64,000 nucleotides of DNA from Anaerolineae bacterium (GCA_022824465.1 JAJDZV010000002.1:20192-84191); one strand, 5' to 3'; shown: positions 27,338-37,361, numbered from the stretch's first letter. Notes: generated by a model from the sequence alone, not told the origin. Made by a program: numbers and translations.

Positions 27338-29239
27338 CTAGCCGTCTGACTTTGGCTGGATGAAGGGCATGTGATACTTGAACAGCGACCACCACCACCA
27401 GGGTCCTTCGTAGAAGTTATCGGCGGTGGGCATGCCGTCCCAGTAGGTCGTGACGACTGGCACGAATTTCGAGGTGCCGAACATCGGCAGCCAGGGCCGC
27501 TCGACGATGAACTGCTTTTCGAACTCGGTCAGCAGCGGGATGGTGTCGGGATGGTCGCTCGGCAGCGGCGCGATCTGATCAAGAATGCCACTGAGCGCAT
27601 CGCTGTCGTAGCGCATGGCGTTGCCGGGCGCCGGCTGGCCGATGGGCACGATGTGACGTTTGTGCCAGAAGGCATCCAGCAGGTCCCAGCTATCGGGCAA
27701 GGCGCCGCAGCCGGGCCAATAGGAGCCGGCATCAAAGGTGCCATTGTTGTAGTTGCTCCAGAAGGTGCCGCCGTCCATCTGCTGCACGGTGGCGTCAATG
27801 CCGAAATCGCGCCAATTGTCGGCGACAGCGAAAGCCAGCCGCTGCGATTGCACCTCGAAGTTTGAAGGCGAGTTGATAGTGATTTGCCAGGGGCTGCCGT
27901 CCGGCTTGTGCCAGGCGCCGTTTTCCAGCGTGAAGCCCTCAGCTTGCAGCATTTCGGTGGCTTTGGCCGGGTCGTGCTTCCACCAGCCGACGCCGAAGAG
28001 ATCAACCAGCGCCTCTTCACTTTCAGGCAAGCCCTCGATGCCCTGCTCCGCCAGGATCGCGGCGATGTCGACCGCGTAATTGGGGTCAAAGGGCTGGTAG
28101 CCGTCTTCGAAGGCGAACTCGGTCATCCAGTCGCGCATGGGCTTGTGAAAGGCATCATGAATGACTTGGACCGGCGGCACAGCCAGCGGCGATACGCGCA
28201 AGATGCCGGCGAATGTAGCCAGGCCGACGCTCTTGATATCGGTCGCCAGCGCCATCGCCCAGCGGACGTTCTGGTTGTCCCAGGGTTCCTGGGTGTTGGA
28301 GAAGACGATGCCCCGCTCGCAGGGATCATCGAAGTTGGCGTAGGGGAAGTTGGCATGCCAGGCGCGCGCGTTCGGGTTGCCATCGCGCAGGATGTCCCAG
28401 GCTTCCGGTGAGATATCGGTGAAGATATCCAGCTGGTTCTGGATGCCGGCGATGATGCGGCGCTCTTCGGTGCCATAGAAACGGAAAAGCACGTATTCCG
28501 GACCGGGCTCGCCATAGATCTGGCCGACATCGGTATGCTGCCAGTCTTCGCGCTTGGTATAGAGGAACCAGTTGCCATTGGGATCGACATCCGTCATCGT
28601 GTAAGGTCCGCTGCCCACCGGCGGGTAATTCTGGAAGGTGGCCGGGTCTTCATTCTCCCAAATATGCTTGGGCACCATGCGGAAGTTGTCGCCCCAGATG
28701 TGGACGCCGAGGGTGTAGGCCAGGCGCGGCTCCGAGCGTTTCAAATTGAGTATAATCGTCAAGTCGTCAACCACTTCGTAGTTGTCGATAACTTGCGACA
28801 GGAAGCCGCTGTAGGGGAACTCCGGCGTATTCAAAACCATGTCGATGTTGAAAGCCATATCAGCAGTCGTGATCGGCTCGCCATCGCTCCAGCGCAAGCC
28901 ATCGCGCAAGGTAACGCGGAAGCTGGTGTAATCGTCGTTGAGCGCCTCGGGCATCTCGGCCGCCAACGCCGGGAATTGTTCGCCAGTGGCGGTGTTGATC
29001 TCCCACAATGTCGAGTAAATCAACTGGTGCAAGCCCGCGCTCATGTGCGTGCCCGCCTGGTAGGGGTTGGTCTGGGTGGGGTTATTGATGCGACCGCCAA
29101 GCTGATCGACAATCAGCGTCGTGGCGCGCGGCGTACCGACTTCGGTCTGTTCCTGGGCCGAGACGAGCGCGGTGGAGAGGAAAACCATAGCCGCCAAGAC
29201 TAGGATTGAGAAAAAAACTGTGCGGTGTTTCTTGGACAT
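27338..29239 (-). CDS. ABC transporter substrate-binding protein, family 5 (peptide/oligosaccharide type)
   Basis: TAGGAG SD sits 7 nt before the ATG at 29239. Signal peptide MSKKHRTVFFSILVLAAMVFLSTALVSAQ. About 630 aa, typical of SBP family 5. Confidence 0.85.
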   Translation of the reverse strand: MSKKHRTVFFSILVLAAMVFLSTALVSAQEQTEVGTPRATTLIVDQLGGRINNPTQTNPYQAGTHMSAGLHQLIYSTLWEINTATGEQFPALAAEMPEALNDDYTSFRVTLRDGLRWSDGEPITTADMAFNIDMVLNTPEFPYSGFLSQVIDNYEVVDDLTIILNLKRSEPRLAYTLGVHIWGDNFRMVPKHIWENEDPATFQNYPPVGSGPYTMTDVDPNGNWFLYTKREDWQHTDVGQIYGEPGPEYVLFRFYGTEERRIIAGIQNQLDIFTDISPEAWDILRDGNPNARAWHANFPYANFDDPCERGIVFSNTQEPWDNQNVRWAMALATDIKSVGLATFAGILRVSPLAVPPVQVIHDAFHKPMRDWMTEFAFEDGYQPFDPNYAVDIAAILAEQGIEGLPESEEALVDLFGVGWWKHDPAKATEMLQAEGFTLENGAWHKPDGSPWQITINSPSNFEVQSQRLAFAVADNWRDFGIDATVQQMDGGTFWSNYNNGTFDAGSYWPGCGALPDSWDLLDAFWHKRHIVPIGQPAPGNAMRYDSDALSGILDQIAPLPSDHPDTIPLLTEFEKQFIVERPWLPMFGTSKFVPVVTTYWDGMPTADNFYEGPWWWWSLFKYHMPFIQPKSDG

Positions 29240-29354
29240 GAGAAGACTCCTAAGTCTAACTATCGAAAGGCAATCAATGAAAGAAGCCAAGCTACGATGG
29301 CGCCAGTTCATGAATCAACTATAGCTTCTTTCATAGATTCCGGCTATTATAGCA

Positions 29355-29372
29355 TGGAAAAACGTTTTCGCA
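29355..29372. promoter_or_regulatory. Candidate LacI-family operator in the divergent promoter region
   Basis: TGGAAAAACGTTTTCGCA has a perfect 10-bp palindrome AAAACGTTTT with symmetric outer TG/CA. This is the classic AAACGTTT LacI/GalR-type core. An imperfect related site, AACAACGTTTGTT, follows at 29372-29384. It lies between the SBP gene start (29239, minus strand) and the lacI-family gene start (29463). Confidence 0.55.
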
Positions 29373-29462
29373 ACAACGTTTGTTCAAGTGCGCTCTTCGG
29401 TCTGGTTGTGGTTGCGTCATCGCTTGCGAGACGCGCAGCGCCTTCGGTATAGGACAATCATC

Positions 29463-30527
29463 ATGTCTCGAAAATCGGCAGTGGGTATTCGCGACATCGC
29501 GGAAGCGGCCGGCGTGTCAATCGGCACGGTATCCAAGATTTTGAATGACAGAACAGACGGAGTACGCATCAGCGCCGAGACGCGCCGACGCGTGACGGAG
29601 ATTGCTCAGCGCTTGGGCTATCAGCCTAATCCCTTCGCCTCGGCTTTGCGCTCGAAGCGCACAGGCATCATTGGCGCGGTCAACCTTAATCCGGGCGGCT
29701 GGTTCATGGGACGGATGGGCTTGGAGGTGCAGCTTGCCGCTCAGAAACGGGGCGTCGAGCTATTTGTCGGCGCCGTCCACAGCCGAGCTGAAAGTGTTGA
29801 GGCCCAATTGAGCATCTTGCAGGGACAACTATTCGATGGTTTCCTGTTGCTCGGCGAAATGCCCAGCTACCAAGACGCGTCGCACAGATGGAAACAACTC
29901 GACAAACCATTTGTGTCGGTGGCCGCTGGCGCTAACATACAAGCGCCCATGGTCCACACCGATGAAGCGCGCGGCATGCAACTGATCCTCGATTACCTGG
30001 TCGGGTTGGGGCATCGGAAGATCGCCTTCATGGGGAGTTTGGTTTGGCCACTGGCGCCGGAAAGACTTCAACTTTTCCGGAAGTATCTGACAGAAGCAGG
30101 TCTTGCCATGCCCGACAGATTTTTGTCGGATGTGGATTGCTTCCCCTATCAACCGGAGGAATTCGCCGACTTGGAGCGTATGCATCGCGTAGCGATTCAA
30201 CATGCCAAGACCTTGCTGCAGCAGCCGAATCCACCGACAGCTATCTTTTGCGCGGGAGACGCCTTTGCCTTGGCCGCCCTCAAAGGCGTTCAACAGTTGG
30301 GATTGGCGGTCCCAAATGATGTATCTATAACGAGTTTTGACGGAACCGATGGTACATTTGCCTGCCAGCCCGAGCTGACCACCTTGCGGCGTCCCATAAA
30401 AACGGTCGCCGCCGAGGCCATCAATTTGCTGCTCGCTCTCATTGACTCGCCCGATGATCCGACGCTGCAAAAGAGCATCCTGGTTGAGCCAGAGCTTATC
30501 GTGCGCGATTCCTGCGCGCCTGTTTAG
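29463..30527 (+). CDS. LacI-family transcriptional regulator
   Basis: N-terminal HTH IRDIAEAAGVSIGTVSKILN followed by a periplasmic-binding-protein-like sugar-binding domain. Divergent from the Opp-type operon. Confidence 0.9.
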   Translation: MSRKSAVGIRDIAEAAGVSIGTVSKILNDRTDGVRISAETRRRVTEIAQRLGYQPNPFASALRSKRTGIIGAVNLNPGGWFMGRMGLEVQLAAQKRGVELFVGAVHSRAESVEAQLSILQGQLFDGFLLLGEMPSYQDASHRWKQLDKPFVSVAAGANIQAPMVHTDEARGMQLILDYLVGLGHRKIAFMGSLVWPLAPERLQLFRKYLTEAGLAMPDRFLSDVDCFPYQPEEFADLERMHRVAIQHAKTLLQQPNPPTAIFCAGDAFALAALKGVQQLGLAVPNDVSITSFDGTDGTFACQPELTTLRRPIKTVAAEAINLLLALIDSPDDPTLQKSILVEPELIVRDSCAPV

Positions 30528-30695
30528 ACAGCGCAAGCCTGGCGGATTACCGCCAGCGATTTTTCAGTGAAGCGACGGCGGGCTCAGCAGCATGTAGCGG
30601 GCCGGCGCCGTCAAAGCTATATTCTCATGACTGCTCGCTGAACGGCGCTTGGCAATCATAGCGTTAGCTTGAAGGCGCAAAAGGAGAATCTCCTG

Positions 30696-32195
30696 ATGAA
30701 GTCAATCATGTTGATGTTCGATTCGCTCAACCGGCATATGCTGCCGCCTTATGGCAATGACTGGACGCATGCGCCGAATTTTCAGCGGCTGGCTGAGCGA
30801 ACGGCGGTCTTCGATCGCTGCTATGTCGGCAGCATGCCTTGCATGCCCGCTCGCCGTGAGCTGCATACCGGGCGCTATAACTTTCTGCATCGCGGCTGGA
30901 CGCCCCTGGAACCCTTCGACGACTCGATGCCACAGATGCTCAAAGACAGCGGCGTTTACACTCGTCTGGTGACCGACCATCAGCATTATTGGGAAGACGG
31001 CGGCGCCACTTACCACAATCGCTATAGCAGCTATGAGTTCATCCGCGGGCAGGAGGGCGATTTCTGGAAGGCGCAAGTCGAGCCGGCGGTGGAGATTCCT
31101 TTCAATTCGCGCGGTTTGGACGACCCCACATTTATCGACGACAGTTGGAAGCAGGACTGGATCAACCGCAGCGCCATGCCGCGCCCCGAAGACCAGCCAC
31201 AGTCGCGAACCTTCAGCGCCGGCATGGAATTCATCCGCGACAACCATGAAGCCGACAATTGGTATTTGCAAATCGAAACATTTGATCCGCACGAGCCCTT
31301 CTTCACGCAGCAGGAGTTCAAGAACTTCTATCCCAAGATCTTTGACGAAGCGCCGCCGCGTCTGGCATTCGACTGGCCCAGCTACAAACCGGTGACCGAA
31401 GGCGCCGAATATGTCCAACACATGCGCTATCAGTACGCCGCGCTCTTGAGCATGTGCGACCGTTACCTTGGGCGGGTGCTTGACCTGCTGGATGAATTGG
31501 CGCTGTGGGACGATACCATGCTGATCGTCTGCACTGATCACGGTTTTATGCTGGGCGAACATGATTGGTGGGCGAAGAATCGGCAACCCTGGTATCAGGA
31601 ACTGGCGAATACGCCGCTGTTCATCTGGGATCCTCGCAGCGGCGTCGCCGGCGAACGGCGCGAAAGCCTGGTCCAGATGATCGACTTGCCCGCCACCCTG
31701 CTTGACTATTTCGGCGTCGCGCGGCCGCCCGATATGCAAGGCGCGCCGCTGGCGGAAACGGTCGCGAACGACCGACCCGTTCGCGAAGCGGCGCTGTTTG
31801 GCATCCACGGCGGGCATGTCAACTGCACCGACGGGCGCTACGTTTACATGCGCGCGCCGGTTAAGGCCGCCAACGAGCCGCTTTATGAATACACGCTCAT
31901 GCCCTTGCGCATCCGCTCGCCTTTCGCCATGTCTGATCTGCAGGACATTCAACTGGCTGAGCCTTTCGCTTTCACCAAGGGCGCCCGCACGATGAAGATA
32001 CCGGCGCGCGCCTGGCCCGACGCCCATTCCTTCGGCACGCTGCTTTTCGATGTTGAAGCCGATCGAAGGCAGGAGCGCCCGCTGGACGACCCGCAAGTTG
32101 AAGCCGAGATGATCAATCATATGCTGCGGCTGATGCGCGCGAATGACTGCCCGCCCGAACAGTTTGAGCGCCTTGGTTTGCAGCAGTTCCTGTAA
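30696..32195 (+). CDS. Sulfatase-family hydrolase (Cys-type)
   Basis: AAGGAGAA SD sits 7 nt before the ATG at 30696. CxPxR motif in SMPCMPARRELHTGRY. DHG motif in the middle (CTDHGFMLGEH). Confidence 0.8.
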   Translation: MKSIMLMFDSLNRHMLPPYGNDWTHAPNFQRLAERTAVFDRCYVGSMPCMPARRELHTGRYNFLHRGWTPLEPFDDSMPQMLKDSGVYTRLVTDHQHYWEDGGATYHNRYSSYEFIRGQEGDFWKAQVEPAVEIPFNSRGLDDPTFIDDSWKQDWINRSAMPRPEDQPQSRTFSAGMEFIRDNHEADNWYLQIETFDPHEPFFTQQEFKNFYPKIFDEAPPRLAFDWPSYKPVTEGAEYVQHMRYQYAALLSMCDRYLGRVLDLLDELALWDDTMLIVCTDHGFMLGEHDWWAKNRQPWYQELANTPLFIWDPRSGVAGERRESLVQMIDLPATLLDYFGVARPPDMQGAPLAETVANDRPVREAALFGIHGGHVNCTDGRYVYMRAPVKAANEPLYEYTLMPLRIRSPFAMSDLQDIQLAEPFAFTKGARTMKIPARAWPDAHSFGTLLFDVEADRRQERPLDDPQVEAEMINHMLRLMRANDCPPEQFERLGLQQFL

Positions 32196-32303
32196 ACTCA
32201 GGCGAGGCGGGAGAGCGGGGCTTGCGCGCATCTGGCTGGCAGGACAGTTGGGGAGTGGTGAATCGCGAAGGTATAATCACGCCCGTCGGGGAATCTGATG
32301 TAT

Positions 32304-32430
32304 CCGAGCCACGGCCCGCCCCTGTATCCAATGGTTTCTGAGACGGGATTCTTGCTTGAGATCACCTCGATTTTCGCCACCTCCGAATGTAGGGGAAAGT
32401 AGCGACGAACATGACAGGCTGGCTATAATC
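32304..32430 (+). repeat. Repeat family C copy
   Basis: CGAGCCACGGCCCGCCCC...AATGGTTTCTGAGACGGGA...CTCGATTTTCGCCAC...GGCTATAATC. See 14527-14653. Confidence 0.7.
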
Positions 32431-32587
32431 GGGTAGTGTGCGCCAGATGAACGAGCGGATCCGCCGGCGAAGCTCAGGCGACAGGGTCTTAGACAGATGG
32501 GAGAAAGCGAGGCGCGATATCCAAGTTGGCTGATGTGAATCGCCAGTATTTTTCGTATAGCAACTCTTAGCGATTGGGGAAAACCGA

Positions 32588-33907
32588 ATGACACGCATAT
32601 TGTTCGTGATTTTGCTTTGCGCGCTTATGGCAACGGGCGTCACCGCGCAAGACCGACCCTATGAGGGCGTCACCCTGAATTTCTTCTATTTCCCGCTCAC
32701 CTATATTGTCGGGCTGCAGCCGCTGGTGCCGGAATTCGAAGAGGCGACCGGCATGACCGTTGAATTTGAATTGCTAGAAGAGCAGGCTTCGGTTCAGAAG
32801 GCGCAGCTCGAGTTGGCCGCCGGCGCAGGCAACTTTGATGTCGTCGGCATCCAAAGCGGCAATATGCCACTCTATGCTCAGGGCGGCTGGGTGACGCCAG
32901 TGGAAGACTTCTATGACGCCGATTACGCCGATGCGGACCTGCTGGGCGTCGATGATTTCGTCGGCTCGACGATGGACGCGCTGGCCTTCGGCGGCACGCA
33001 GTATTGCCTGCCGATGTTTGCCGCGACAACCATTCTCTATTATCGGATCGACAAATTCGAGGAAGCCGGCATCGAGAGCCCGCCAGCGACCTACGATGAA
33101 CTGCTGGAGATCGCGCCCTCGCTGCACAGCGATGAAGTGCCAATGATCGCTTTGCGCGGCAATCCGCCAGCGGCGCCTGGCAACGTCTGGATCTTCAACT
33201 CCTTCTTCCATGGCGAAGGCGCAAGCTATTTCGCTGACTTCCCCGATGACTTGACGCCGACGGTCAACTCGCCGGAAGCGATCAGGGCGCTGACGAATTT
33301 CGTGACGGTCAAGAACAACTACGGACCAGAGGGCGTCGCCGCCTTTGTTTACGACGATGTCGTCACATCCATGCAGCAAGGCACCGTTGTGATGGTCATT
33401 GATGGCGCGCCACTGGCTGGCAGGATCTTGCATCCAGATCAGTCCAAGGTCGCGGGCAATCTCGGTTTCGCCGTGATGCCGGGCGGGGCTGCTGGACCCA
33501 AACCGGGGTTCGCCGCGCACGGACTTTGCGTGGTCGCCAATTCGGACAAGCAGGAAGCGGCGTATAAATTCCTCGAATGGGCTTTGAGCTTCGACACGAT
33601 GAAGCGAATCGCGCTTGATTCGCCACATGTGGCCGTGTCACGCAATTCGCTGTGGGAAGATGCGGATTTCATCGCCAAGTACGACTATGACTACGGCGGC
33701 GGTTCCTTCATCAAAGCCTATCAGGACAGCTTGAATGCCGCGCCGGCCGATCACTTCCCGCCTTTCGCCGCGTGGCCCCTGCTAAGCGAGATCATGGGGC
33801 AGGCGATACAGGAAGCCGAAATCGGCATCAAGACGCCGGAACAAGCGCTGAACGATGCCAACGATCTGATGACCCAGTATCTGGAAGATGAGGGCTATCT
33901 CCCCTAA
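32588..33907 (+). CDS. ABC transporter substrate-binding protein (CUT1 sugar type)
   Basis: Signal peptide MTRILFVILLCALMATGVTAQ, about 440 aa, followed by two sugar permease genes. Confidence 0.85.
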   Translation: MTRILFVILLCALMATGVTAQDRPYEGVTLNFFYFPLTYIVGLQPLVPEFEEATGMTVEFELLEEQASVQKAQLELAAGAGNFDVVGIQSGNMPLYAQGGWVTPVEDFYDADYADADLLGVDDFVGSTMDALAFGGTQYCLPMFAATTILYYRIDKFEEAGIESPPATYDELLEIAPSLHSDEVPMIALRGNPPAAPGNVWIFNSFFHGEGASYFADFPDDLTPTVNSPEAIRALTNFVTVKNNYGPEGVAAFVYDDVVTSMQQGTVVMVIDGAPLAGRILHPDQSKVAGNLGFAVMPGGAAGPKPGFAAHGLCVVANSDKQEAAYKFLEWALSFDTMKRIALDSPHVAVSRNSLWEDADFIAKYDYDYGGGSFIKAYQDSLNAAPADHFPPFAAWPLLSEIMGQAIQEAEIGIKTPEQALNDANDLMTQYLEDEGYLP

Positions 33908-33925
33908 GGGCTGATAGTAACGAAA

Positions 33926-33960
33926 TGACCCTCGGGTGCATCTTAACCACTCGAGGGTCA
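33926..33960 (+). terminator. Hairpin in the SBP-permease spacer
   Basis: TGACCCTCG-17 nt-CGAGGGTCA, 19 nt after the SBP stop at 33907. Confidence 0.4.
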
Positions 33961-34023
33961 CAAATTCATCTCTGACACCCGTTATCCTGCCCCGCAGTAG
34001 TGGGAACAGACTAGGATCGAATT

Positions 34024-34944
34024 GTGTCGCTTGCAGCCAGAGCACTCGGACGGGGCAAGGGTCCCGAGGATGTAGCGTCGAGCCGCGCTCATTACAAGTA
34101 CCTGGCGCCATCAATCGCGCTGTTGCTGGCGCTGACGATTCTGCCGATGCTGTTCACGCTGTATTTGAGCACATCGTCGCTGTCGTATACCAGTCCGCGG
34201 CCGCCGCGCTACATTGGCTTGCGAAACTACGAGCGCCTGCTGGATGATGCGCGCTTTTTGCAGAGCATCCCGGTCAGCCTATTGTTCATCGCCGCGCCGG
34301 TGGCCGCGCAACTGGCGCTTGGTTTCGTCGTTGCCGTCGTCATGAACGAGCGCTTGCCCTTTATGCGCTGGCTGCGCTACGTATTTGTCGCGCCGATGGT
34401 CATCCCGCCAATCGCCATGGGTTTGATGTGGCGCATACTCTATACGCCGCATCTGGGAGGGCTGAATTATTTTCTCGGTCTGGTCGGCATTGATGGACCG
34501 GGCTGGCTGACCGAACCGAACTGGGCGCTCGTCGCCATCATCATGGTCGCCGTCTGGGGCTGGACGCCCTTCGTCGGTCTTTTCTTTCTGGCGGTCATGC
34601 AGTCGATCCCCGAGGAGCTGTATGAGGCGGGCGTTATTGACGGCGCCACCTGGGTCCAATCGGTCCGCCACATCACCCTGCCCCTGCTTCGGCCGACATT
34701 CGCGTTCATCGGCATTTTCCGTGTGATCGAGTCGCTGGGCATCTTCCCGATTATCTATATCGTGACCAATGGGGGACCGGCCACGGCGACGGAAACGGTC
34801 AACTTCTATGGCTTCGTCAGCGGCTTCAATAACCTGCGGGTGGGCTATGCCTCGGCGATAATCGTCGTCTTCTTCCTCATGCTATTCGTGATCGTCGTCC
34901 CGACCATGCGCTTCTTGCTGAGAAATATCCAGGCAGGCGAATAA
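34024..34944 (+). CDS. Sugar ABC transporter permease (MalF/UgpA-like)
   Basis: EAA loop EAGVIDGATWVQSVRHITLPLLRP, six TM helices. Confidence 0.85.
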   Translation: MSLAARALGRGKGPEDVASSRAHYKYLAPSIALLLALTILPMLFTLYLSTSSLSYTSPRPPRYIGLRNYERLLDDARFLQSIPVSLLFIAAPVAAQLALGFVVAVVMNERLPFMRWLRYVFVAPMVIPPIAMGLMWRILYTPHLGGLNYFLGLVGIDGPGWLTEPNWALVAIIMVAVWGWTPFVGLFFLAVMQSIPEELYEAGVIDGATWVQSVRHITLPLLRPTFAFIGIFRVIESLGIFPIIYIVTNGGPATATETVNFYGFVSGFNNLRVGYASAIIVVFFLMLFVIVVPTMRFLLRNIQAGE

Positions 34945-34947
34945 GCC

Positions 34948-35775
34948 GTGAAGCGCCGGTCGACGGTTACAACCTTCTTTCTCTACCTGGTGGGCACGCT
35001 CTATGGGCTGGCTGTTCTTTTCCCCATCGTCTGGATGCTGATGCTGGCCTTGAAGAGCCAACTGGACGCATTCGCCAAGCCGCCGCTGCTCATCTTCCAG
35101 CCGACCCTGGAGCACTTTATCGCCATATTCCAGGACCGCGAGTTCCTCGAATCCATTGCCAACAGCGTCATCATCTCGACCGGCTCGGTGGTCTTCGCCA
35201 TGGTTTTCGCCATCCCCGCCACCTTCGCGCTGACCATCATGCAGGGGCGCGTCCGGCGCAACGCCTTGCTCACCATCCTGCTGATACGCACGGCGCCGGG
35301 CATGATCTACCTTCTGCCATATTTCGTGGTTTATTCGCGGCTGGGCATGCTTGATACCCACGCCGCGCTGATCATCATCTATCTCATATTCAACGTGCCG
35401 TTGATCATCTGGACGCTGATGCCGGTCTGGAGCGCTGTGCCGCGCGAGCTGCGGGAATCCGGCATGATTGACGGCGCTAGTTTGTGGCAGATTCTGTTCT
35501 GGATTGAGTTGCCGCTGGTGCGCGTCGGCATCATCGCCTCGGGGATCGTGGCTTTCATTTTCGCCTGGAACGAATTCCTCTTCGCGCTGGTCATCAGCGC
35601 CAACGATTCGGTCACGCTGGCTGTCGCCATCACGCGCTATATGGGTTATGAAGGCACGGAATGGGGCAAGCTGGCCGCGGCTGCCGCCGTCATGATGCTG
35701 CCGGGCATCATCTTCGGTTTCTTGATTCAGCGCTATATGGTCGCCGGGCTGACTGCTGGCGCTATCAAGGGCTAG
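34948..35775 (+). CDS. Carbohydrate ABC transporter permease (MalG/UgpE-like)
   Basis: EAA loop ESGMIDGASLWQILFWIELPLV, C-terminal AIKG. Confidence 0.85.
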   Translation: MKRRSTVTTFFLYLVGTLYGLAVLFPIVWMLMLALKSQLDAFAKPPLLIFQPTLEHFIAIFQDREFLESIANSVIISTGSVVFAMVFAIPATFALTIMQGRVRRNALLTILLIRTAPGMIYLLPYFVVYSRLGMLDTHAALIIIYLIFNVPLIIWTLMPVWSAVPRELRESGMIDGASLWQILFWIELPLVRVGIIASGIVAFIFAWNEFLFALVISANDSVTLAVAITRYMGYEGTEWGKLAAAAAVMMLPGIIFGFLIQRYMVAGLTAGAIKG

Positions 35776-35826
35776 CGGTGAGGCGTTGCCTGTGGAACGA
35801 TTTTCCCAAGCCGGAAAGCGAGAATT

Positions 35827-37233
35827 ATGAACGCGAAGCCACCCAACATACTTTGGATCTGTACCGACCAGCAGCGTTATGACACCATCGGCGGGCTGAA
35901 CAACCCGCAAGTCCAAACGCCCAACATCGACAAGCTGGCGGCGAGCGGGGTGGCATTTGAGCGCGCCTTCTGCCAAAGCCCGATCTGCACACCCAGCCGC
36001 GGCAGCTTCCTGACGGGCATGTATCCCAGCACGATCCACGGCTGCTTCAATGGCAACGACCGTTGGGATGAAGCCGCGCCGCTGGTCACGGCATTGCTGG
36101 CGGACGCGGGCTACGATTGCGCGCTTTCCGGCAAGCTGCACCTGGCGGGCACGCATGGGCGAATCGAGCCCCGTCCCAGACACGATGGCTACCGCGTCTT
36201 TCACTGGAGCCACGACCCGGAGGATCAGTGGGCGTCTGGACACGCTTATGCCGACTGGATCGCAGAACAAGGTCATGATCTGGGCGAGCTGCGCAAGCGT
36301 CCGCGCGAGATCCCGCCGGAGCTGCATCAAACCACCTGGTGCAGCGACCGCGCCATCGACTTCATCGAAGCCGATCATGGCGGCAAGCCCTGGCTGATGA
36401 GCGTCAATATATTCGACCCGCACGAGCCCTTTGACCCGCCTCAGCCCTACCTCCACCGCTTGGATGCCGCTGCGCTAACCGGTCCGCTCTTCCGCGAGAG
36501 CGACCTGGAGGCACAAGCGAAACTTAGCGCCATCGACTTCCAGACGCCGCCGCGGCGTCCCGAAGAATTCAATGCCAAGTGGATTCAAGCGGCCTATTAC
36601 GCCATGATCGAATTGATCGACGACAATGTCGGCCGCATGCTGGACGCGCTGGAGCGCACGAATCAGCGCGATAACACCCTGGTCATTTTCATGAGCGATC
36701 ATGGCGAGATGCTTGGCGATCACGGTTTGCTGCAGAAAGGCTGCCGCTTTTATGAGGGTTTGGTCCGCGTGCCGCTCATCATGTCGTTGCCTGGACGACT
36801 GCTTGAGGGCCTTCGCCGGCGCGCGCTAGTCGAACTGATGGATATCGCGCCGACCCTGCTGGAGCTGGCGGGAGAGCCGGTCCCCACTGCTATGCAAGGG
36901 CGCTCGCTGTTGCCGCTACTCGATAGCCCGCAGGCGGAAGACCAGCATCGCAATTTCGCGCGCTGCGAATACTACAACGCGATAAACGCCGAGTACAACG
37001 AGCGCTTCAGCGGCACGTACGCTACCATGCTGCGCGACGAACGCTACAAGCTGGTCGTCTATCACGGACACGGGCTGGGCGAACTGTTTGATCTGGACGG
37101 CGACCCGGGCGAATTCATCAATCTCTGGGATGACGCGGCGATGCAGGAAACAAAAATGCGCTTGATGCAGGCCAGTTTCGACGCGCTGGCTTTCGCAACC
37201 GATCTGGGAACCGAACCCGTCACGGTATTCTAA
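35827..37233 (+). CDS. Arylsulfatase-A-family sulfatase (Cys-type)
   Basis: NILWICTDQQRYD metal site, CTPSR formylglycine motif (SPICTPSRGSFLTGMYPS), SDHGEMLGDHG. Confidence 0.9.
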   Translation: MNAKPPNILWICTDQQRYDTIGGLNNPQVQTPNIDKLAASGVAFERAFCQSPICTPSRGSFLTGMYPSTIHGCFNGNDRWDEAAPLVTALLADAGYDCALSGKLHLAGTHGRIEPRPRHDGYRVFHWSHDPEDQWASGHAYADWIAEQGHDLGELRKRPREIPPELHQTTWCSDRAIDFIEADHGGKPWLMSVNIFDPHEPFDPPQPYLHRLDAAALTGPLFRESDLEAQAKLSAIDFQTPPRRPEEFNAKWIQAAYYAMIELIDDNVGRMLDALERTNQRDNTLVIFMSDHGEMLGDHGLLQKGCRFYEGLVRVPLIMSLPGRLLEGLRRRALVELMDIAPTLLELAGEPVPTAMQGRSLLPLLDSPQAEDQHRNFARCEYYNAINAEYNERFSGTYATMLRDERYKLVVYHGHGLGELFDLDGDPGEFINLWDDAAMQETKMRLMQASFDALAFATDLGTEPVTVF

Positions 37234-37361
37234 GACCGCCGACTCTCGGTCTGGTCAGCGCGGCCGACCGGGCGGAGATGAGGCAGCGAATGTCTTGGCG
37301 GGCGGCGCACCGGGTGGGGCCAGCCTTGCCTTCCGTGCAGCAGAATTAGCGTGTCCGCCGC

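Noticed and set aside
30702-32231. 509-aa ORF antisense to the sulfatase gene
   Set aside because: It is Arg/Ala/Gly/Pro/His-rich with no motifs, and lies exactly antisense to a gene with clear sulfatase motifs and a strong SD. This is a typical shadow ORF of high-G+C DNA.
34882-36456. 524-aa ORF antisense to the permease and second sulfatase genes
   Set aside because: It has the same shadow-ORF composition. It spans two well-supported plus-strand genes and their spacer.
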